From positions 2,784,001 to 2,848,000 of the forward strand of contig OZ244034.1 in NCBI GenBank assembly GCA_965215185.1: a DNA stretch of 64,000 bases. Reading direction: 5' to 3'. This document shows positions 59,504-64,000 of this stretch, piece by piece; position 1 is the first letter of the stretch, and each line of letters begins with the position of its first letter. The translations under genes and the position numbers were made by a program. This DNA is from Acidimicrobiia bacterium (lineage in GTDB: Bacteria > Actinomycetota > Acidimicrobiia > Spongiisociales > ZC4RG35). The notes beneath the pieces were generated by a model, which did no database searches, was not told where the DNA came from, and worked only from the letters and a program-made list of their open reading frames with translations.

Positions 59504-60037
59504 GTGGTGGTGATCCAAGGGGACCTCACCGCTGCCCAGGTCGATGTGATTGTTAACGCCGCCAACGAACACCTCCGGCACGGAGGCGGGGTGGCGGCGG
59601 CTTTAGCGGCAGTGGGGGGAGAAGAGTTCGTGGAGGACTCGTTTCGATGGGTATCAGAGCACGGGCCGGTTAGGCCTGCAGAGGCAGCGATAACAATCGC
59701 CGGGGGGCTGCCGGCGCGATGGGTGGTTCATGTGGTGGGGCCCCGTTACTGGGAGGAAGGTGACAAACCGGCCCGCCTTCGAGAGGCAGTGCGGGCGGCC
59801 CTGGACTCCTCGGTGACAGTGGGCGCCCGGACCGTGGCGATGCCGGCTATTTCCGCTGGGGTCTTCGGATATCCCCTGGAAGAAGCCACATCGCTGATAG
59901 CCTCCGAATGCGTTGAATGGGTGCAGCAAAACCAGGGCCGGGTGAACCAGATCCAGTTGTTCGGCTACGACCGGCGCTCCGCTCAGGCTTTCCAGGCCGG
60001 TTTGGAGAAGGCGGCTTCCTTGGGTAACAGGAGGTAG
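59504..60037 (+). CDS. Macro domain protein (YmdB/MacroD-like)
   Basis: GDLT..VDVIVNAAN..L.HGGGVA, HVVGP, PAISAGVFGYP. Confidence 0.9.
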   Translation: MVVIQGDLTAAQVDVIVNAANEHLRHGGGVAAALAAVGGEEFVEDSFRWVSEHGPVRPAEAAITIAGGLPARWVVHVVGPRYWEEGDKPARLREAVRAALDSSVTVGARTVAMPAISAGVFGYPLEEATSLIASECVEWVQQNQGRVNQIQLFGYDRRSAQAFQAGLEKAASLGNRR

Positions 60038-60213
60038 CATGGCGACCTGTACCAGTTGGGAAGGGGCAGTTGCTGCGATAAGAGGCACGATTTCTCCCTG
60101 TGATGAGAATGTGCGCCCCCGAACTAGCGTCAGCTGTTAGTGCTGCGGTTCTGGACACTTGGAAGCAGCTTCAGGGAACTGCATCAACCTCGGTCAGGAC
60201 ACCTAGGCAGTAT

Positions 60214-61977
60214 CTACCAACCCAGCGCATAGGAGGGCCGACGGGGATCTGCTCCTGCGCTTAGTATCCCGGTATCTGGATCACGGCGGGTCACGATGGC
60301 CCCCTCCCCGCAAACATCTGACCTGGCTACCTTGTGGCCCAATTCCGACAGAGCGGCAACCGTGTCTTCGGGGAAACCAGGTTCCAATGACAGCCGCCCC
60401 GGAAAGTAGTTATGTGGGTAGAAAGAGTCGGGGACACTGTCGGTGGCGAAACGAGGCGCCTCAACGGCCTCCTGGGGGTTCATGCCGAAAACGAATGTGT
60501 TCAGCATGAGTTGAAGGTTGGCCTGCGTTTGATGATCGCCACCCGGGCAGCCAAAAGTCATCACCGGCACACCGTCCCTGACAGCTATGTAGCTGACCAG
60601 AGTGGTCCTGGGTCGCTTCCCCGGCTGGACTACGTTCGGGTGACCTTCCCGAAGGGTGGATGTCTCGATTCGCGTACTGAGTGCGCAACCGAGTTCCGGA
60701 AAGAAGACGGACTTTTCCAAGGCCCCACCACTGGGTGTGGCGCAGGCAAGGTTGCCGTCGGCGTCGATGACGGCCAGGTGGGTTGTTCCCCCTCTGTGGC
60801 GCGGCCATTTGCTCGACCCAGCCGGAGGAGGGTCTGGCGCCGTCACCGGTTGGCCGGGCTGGTCCGAATGTGCCCAGGCATCCCCTGCGGGGGGCATCTC
60901 AGGCATCGCCAGGGCCGGATCGATCATGGCGGCCCGAGACGCTCCGTAAGGCTTGGCCAACATGGCCTCGACGGGCACATCCGCGTAATCGGGGTCTCCG
61001 TAGAAAGCCTGGCGGTCGGAGAGTACGTATTTCAGAGCTTCTGTTACCGTGTGGATGTAATCCGGGGTGTTGTGACCCATTGCTTTCAGGTCGAAGTGTT
61101 CCAGCATGTTGAGCGCTTGCAAGAGAACAGCTGCTTGTGACCAGGTTCTCTGTCCGCAGATCTTATAACCGGCGAATGTTGTGGAAAGGGGTTCTTCGAA
61201 TTGCGATTGAAAGCTAGCAAGGTCACGGTAGGCCAGAATTCCACCCACGCTGCGTGAGGATTCCACGATCAGCTTGGCCACCCCACCTCCGTAGAACTCT
61301 TGCATACCGGCGCGCAGTTTCTTGGATCGGGTGCCCGTGCAGTCTGCTTCAGCCGTCACCAACGACCTCAAGGTTTTCGCCAAACCAGGTTGGACCAGCA
61401 GGGACCCTTCTTCAGGGAGTCGACCGTGGTTGTAGAGGATCTCAAGGCCGCCGGGGGGAAACAGTTCGAACTGACGGTAAATGGACTGAGATCGCAACTG
61501 GTTGATCATGTACCGGTAGCGAGGGATCCCCCGTTGCGCATATTCGATGGCCGGTGCCATAACCTCGCCCAGACTCTTGGTACCGTACCGGTCGAGCATC
61601 GCGATGGTGGCATGGACGGCGCCCGGCACGGTGAAAGACAATGGCGCTTGACTCCCCGGACCGGTGGGAATGGACTCCAGCCCTCTGCAGCGGTAGAAGT
61701 CAATAGTGGCTTTTCGGGGAGCTACTCCCTGACCGCTCAGGGACTTCAGATCCTGCGACCGGGAGTCATAGAGCATGAAAACGCTTTCTGTGGCCAGCGA
61801 GAATGCGGCGGTGGGTTCTACAACGGCCGCGGCAAACACTCCGGCCGCCAAGGCGTCAAAGGCGTTGCCTCCCGACAGCATCATACGCATCCCTGCCATA
61901 GAGGTCAGATAGTGACCGCTCGAGATAACGCCGCGGGTTCCTGTTATGACCGGACGTCCGGTCGGTGGTCGTTCCAT
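60214..61977 (-). CDS. ggt: Gamma-glutamyltransferase family protein
   Basis: GGNAFDA, TVPG, FYGDP, TTH nucleophile in GTTHLAVIDADGN, PGKRPRTTL, GGDHQTQ, GADPRR; ATG at 61977. Confidence 0.9.
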   Translation of the reverse strand: MERPPTGRPVITGTRGVISSGHYLTSMAGMRMMLSGGNAFDALAAGVFAAAVVEPTAAFSLATESVFMLYDSRSQDLKSLSGQGVAPRKATIDFYRCRGLESIPTGPGSQAPLSFTVPGAVHATIAMLDRYGTKSLGEVMAPAIEYAQRGIPRYRYMINQLRSQSIYRQFELFPPGGLEILYNHGRLPEEGSLLVQPGLAKTLRSLVTAEADCTGTRSKKLRAGMQEFYGGGVAKLIVESSRSVGGILAYRDLASFQSQFEEPLSTTFAGYKICGQRTWSQAAVLLQALNMLEHFDLKAMGHNTPDYIHTVTEALKYVLSDRQAFYGDPDYADVPVEAMLAKPYGASRAAMIDPALAMPEMPPAGDAWAHSDQPGQPVTAPDPPPAGSSKWPRHRGGTTHLAVIDADGNLACATPSGGALEKSVFFPELGCALSTRIETSTLREGHPNVVQPGKRPRTTLVSYIAVRDGVPVMTFGCPGGDHQTQANLQLMLNTFVFGMNPQEAVEAPRFATDSVPDSFYPHNYFPGRLSLEPGFPEDTVAALSELGHKVARSDVCGEGAIVTRRDPDTGILSAGADPRRPSYALGW

Positions 61978-62074
61978 GGTTTCAGTGGGTGGGGTTTGCT
62001 CAGAATACCCCCGGGAGAGAAGTGACCGGCCCAAGAGCCCGGTTCGGTTGGGCGGGCTACCATAATCCTCGCCC

Positions 62075-62629
62075 ATGCATGAGAAACTCCGCAACTTCAT
62101 CGAAGCTGTCAACACCTTTGATGCTGTCTGCCAAAAGGTGCCACCTGAGGCGTGGGACAATGATTCTCCTTGTGAGGGTTGGACAGCCCGCGATGTCCTG
62201 GCGCACCAGTGCGCGGTGTTGGACGCCCTGGCGCAAATCGCCCGCACCGGTGAGTGGGCCAGGCCTGGGAAATCTGAGCCGCCCGGTGATCCGCTGGCTC
62301 GGTGGGAGCAGACCAAAGAGGGGGTGCTGACCGCCCTCCGCCAACCCGGCGTACTGGACCGGGAGGACAAGTATTGGTTCGGAAGGATGGACATGGCGAC
62401 CTTTGTCTCCTACGTCCAATGGGATCCGTTGACCCATGCTTGGGACATCGGGACTGCGACCGGTGTCGAGCCGAATCTTTCCCCCGAGTTGTGCGAGATC
62501 AGCTATGAGTTGGTTAGCGGAATGGCCGAGATGGCCCGCAAGACTGGTCGGATCGGTCCTCCTGTCGAAATTCCCGACGATGCATCGATCGTGGATCGTT
62601 ATCTGGGGCTGGTGGGTAGGCAACCTTGA
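62075..62629 (+). CDS. MDMPI-like (TIGR03086-type) DinB-fold metal-binding protein
   Basis: W...SPCEGWTARDVLAH, THAWDI..ATG, GR.P C-terminus. Confidence 0.85.
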   Translation: MHEKLRNFIEAVNTFDAVCQKVPPEAWDNDSPCEGWTARDVLAHQCAVLDALAQIARTGEWARPGKSEPPGDPLARWEQTKEGVLTALRQPGVLDREDKYWFGRMDMATFVSYVQWDPLTHAWDIGTATGVEPNLSPELCEISYELVSGMAEMARKTGRIGPPVEIPDDASIVDRYLGLVGRQP

Positions 62630-62630
62630 G

Positions 62631-63512
62631 CTAGGCGACCAGGATTTGGGCTAGCAATCCACCCACCATCGCCACCGCAAACACATAAACGCCGAAAGTG
62701 GCCAGCACTCCCTTGCCGGCCAGTTTGCCCAGCATCACGAACTCGGGAATGTTGAAGCCGGCACCGGCGATGGTGAGGGCGACAATGGCTCCGATCCCGA
62801 TTCCCGCCGACCGTAGGGCGTTGGCGATGGGGACGAACAGTTCGGTGTTGATATAGAACAGGGTTCCGACCGCGGCTGAAGCGGGTATGGCTGCGTCGCC
62901 GGCCAGTATGGGGATCCGGGCGGCGGTTTCGGGAGGTAGAAGGGCAGTGATCGCCAGCCCTATTCCCACCCCCACCACCAGCAAAGGCAGCATGGTGCGA
63001 AGCAGAGCCCGAGATGCCCTCCAGGCGGGGCGCCACTCGCGGCGGTAGCCTGTCCAAAGCGTCGGGTTGGTCTGTTCGGCCTGTCCTGTCAGATCCGGCA
63101 GGGGTTTCATGAAGCGTTCCAAGTTCACCTTTTCGGCCAGCAGCGCCAAGCCGAGAGCCGCCGCGAAAGCCACCCCCACGTATATGAAGGCCGCCTGCGG
63201 GCCCACGATGATCAAAAGCGCACCGAACAGAATAGGGTCCAACACCGGGGCGGCTACCACGAACGCCACATACCCGGCGGCCGTGACTCCGGCTTGACGG
63301 AAAGCGATCAGCACCGGAATCGCCGAGTAGGTGCAAAAGGGGGTGATAAAACCCACCGCAATCCCCCGTAACGCGGCTACCAGGGGTGTGGCCCCCATTA
63401 GCCCCCGAAGACGAGCGTTTCCTATCCGTCGCTGCAGCAGATTCAAGCCGAATGAGACACCAAGGAACAGCGCCAGCAACTCCACCAGCAGCCAGACGGC
63501 TTCGCCGATCAT
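62631..63512 (-). CDS. Permease (ArsP/DUF318-like)
   Basis: GFITPFCTYSAIP, AF..AAP.LDP, multiple TM segments. Confidence 0.8.
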   Translation of the reverse strand: MIGEAVWLLVELLALFLGVSFGLNLLQRRIGNARLRGLMGATPLVAALRGIAVGFITPFCTYSAIPVLIAFRQAGVTAAGYVAFVVAAPVLDPILFGALLIIVGPQAAFIYVGVAFAAALGLALLAEKVNLERFMKPLPDLTGQAEQTNPTLWTGYRREWRPAWRASRALLRTMLPLLVVGVGIGLAITALLPPETAARIPILAGDAAIPASAAVGTLFYINTELFVPIANALRSAGIGIGAIVALTIAGAGFNIPEFVMLGKLAGKGVLATFGVYVFAVAMVGGLLAQILVA

Positions 63513-63547
63513 TTGGGGGCGTCCCGTGCCATGTGTGGCTGACTTTC

Positions 63548-64000
63548 TTAAACCGGAAGGGTGGGAGCAGCGGGGTAGGAGACAGGTTCAATGAGAGCCG
63601 GGTCATTGTGGGCCACCTTATTGACCCGGCGAGAGACCGGATGAGTGGCCCAGGTTGCTGTTTGGGGGTGAGCGAGAAGACTCTGGGCGGTGATCGCATC
63701 GTCCAGGTCGGAGTCCAGCCAAGGTTCCCAACGGTCGGGCGATAGAGTGACCGGCATCCGATTGTGAACAGCGGAAATCGGGCCTTCCGATTCTGCGGTG
63801 ATGATGGAGCAGGACACCAGCCATTCTCCACTCGCCGGATGCCGTCGCACTCCCCACAAACCGGCAAATACGAGCGGATGGCCGTCAGCACGATAGAACC
63901 AGTAGGGAACATGACCTGCGGCGCGAGCCGTCCACTCATAGAATCCGTCGGCCGGGATCAGGCACCGACGGCGAGCCAACCCGACGCGAAAGAGGGGTTT
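63548..64000 (-). CDS. SOS response-associated peptidase (SRAP/YedK/HMCES), 5'-partial
   Basis: KPLFR..RRCLIPADGFYEW, FAGLW, IIT, HNRMPV.L, W..WLD, VS..VN. Confidence 0.92.
   Translation of the reverse strand, partial: KPLFRVGLARRRCLIPADGFYEWTARAAGHVPYWFYRADGHPLVFAGLWGVRRHPASGEWLVSCSIITAESEGPISAVHNRMPVTLSPDRWEPWLDSDLDDAITAQSLLAHPQTATWATHPVSRRVNKVAHNDPALIEPVSYPAAPTLPV

Noticed and set aside
60039-60140. 33 aa ORF with AGGAGG after the macro gene
   Set aside because: The RBS-like sequence lies within the macro coding end and the peptide has no recognisable features.
60214-62394. 726 aa GGT with a long N-terminal extension
   Set aside because: The extension is antisense to the MDMPI-like gene; GGT similarity starts near ATG 61977.
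12447-64000. udgB, fpg/nei and SRAP as one abasic-site repair system
   Set aside because: They are 20-30 kb apart in unrelated operons.
1-64000. Numerous long antisense or alternate-frame ORFs (e.g. 2770-3990, 51625-52779, 62599-63939)
   Set aside because: They are shadow ORFs expected in GC-rich DNA, overlap well-supported genes and lack motifs.

Overview
GC-rich bacterial DNA. Gene content, Thr/Pro-rich lipoproteins and many apparently leaderless starts suggest Actinomycetota, most likely Acidimicrobiia (inference). Most of the window is housekeeping: gltB, a scattered SUF Fe-S set (sufB; sufD-Rieske-sufC; a second sufC with sufU), fumC, base-excision repair genes, ilvB-ilvN-ilvC-leuA-(XRE)-leuB with two visible leader-peptide controls, ilvD, queG and fabD-fabH-fabG-acpP. 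The standout is an accessory catabolic island at about 23.3-32.6 kb. In it a TRIP13/Pch2 (CBASS Cap6)-like AAA+ ATPase is translationally coupled between a bicupin and an M20 amidohydrolase, with no CD-NTase or HORMA gene in the window. The island also holds a perfect palindromic operator, an apparent deletion scar joining a lipoprotein signal peptide to the C-terminus of a xanthine-dehydrogenase-family subunit, a GntR regulator, a frameshifted alpha/beta hydrolase, an atypical cyclic amidohydrolase and an LLM oxidoreductase. A nearby Fpg/Nei gene has an in-frame TAG inside its zinc finger. No rRNA, tRNA, CRISPR array or transposase was seen. All family calls come from motif recognition by eye, not from database searches.
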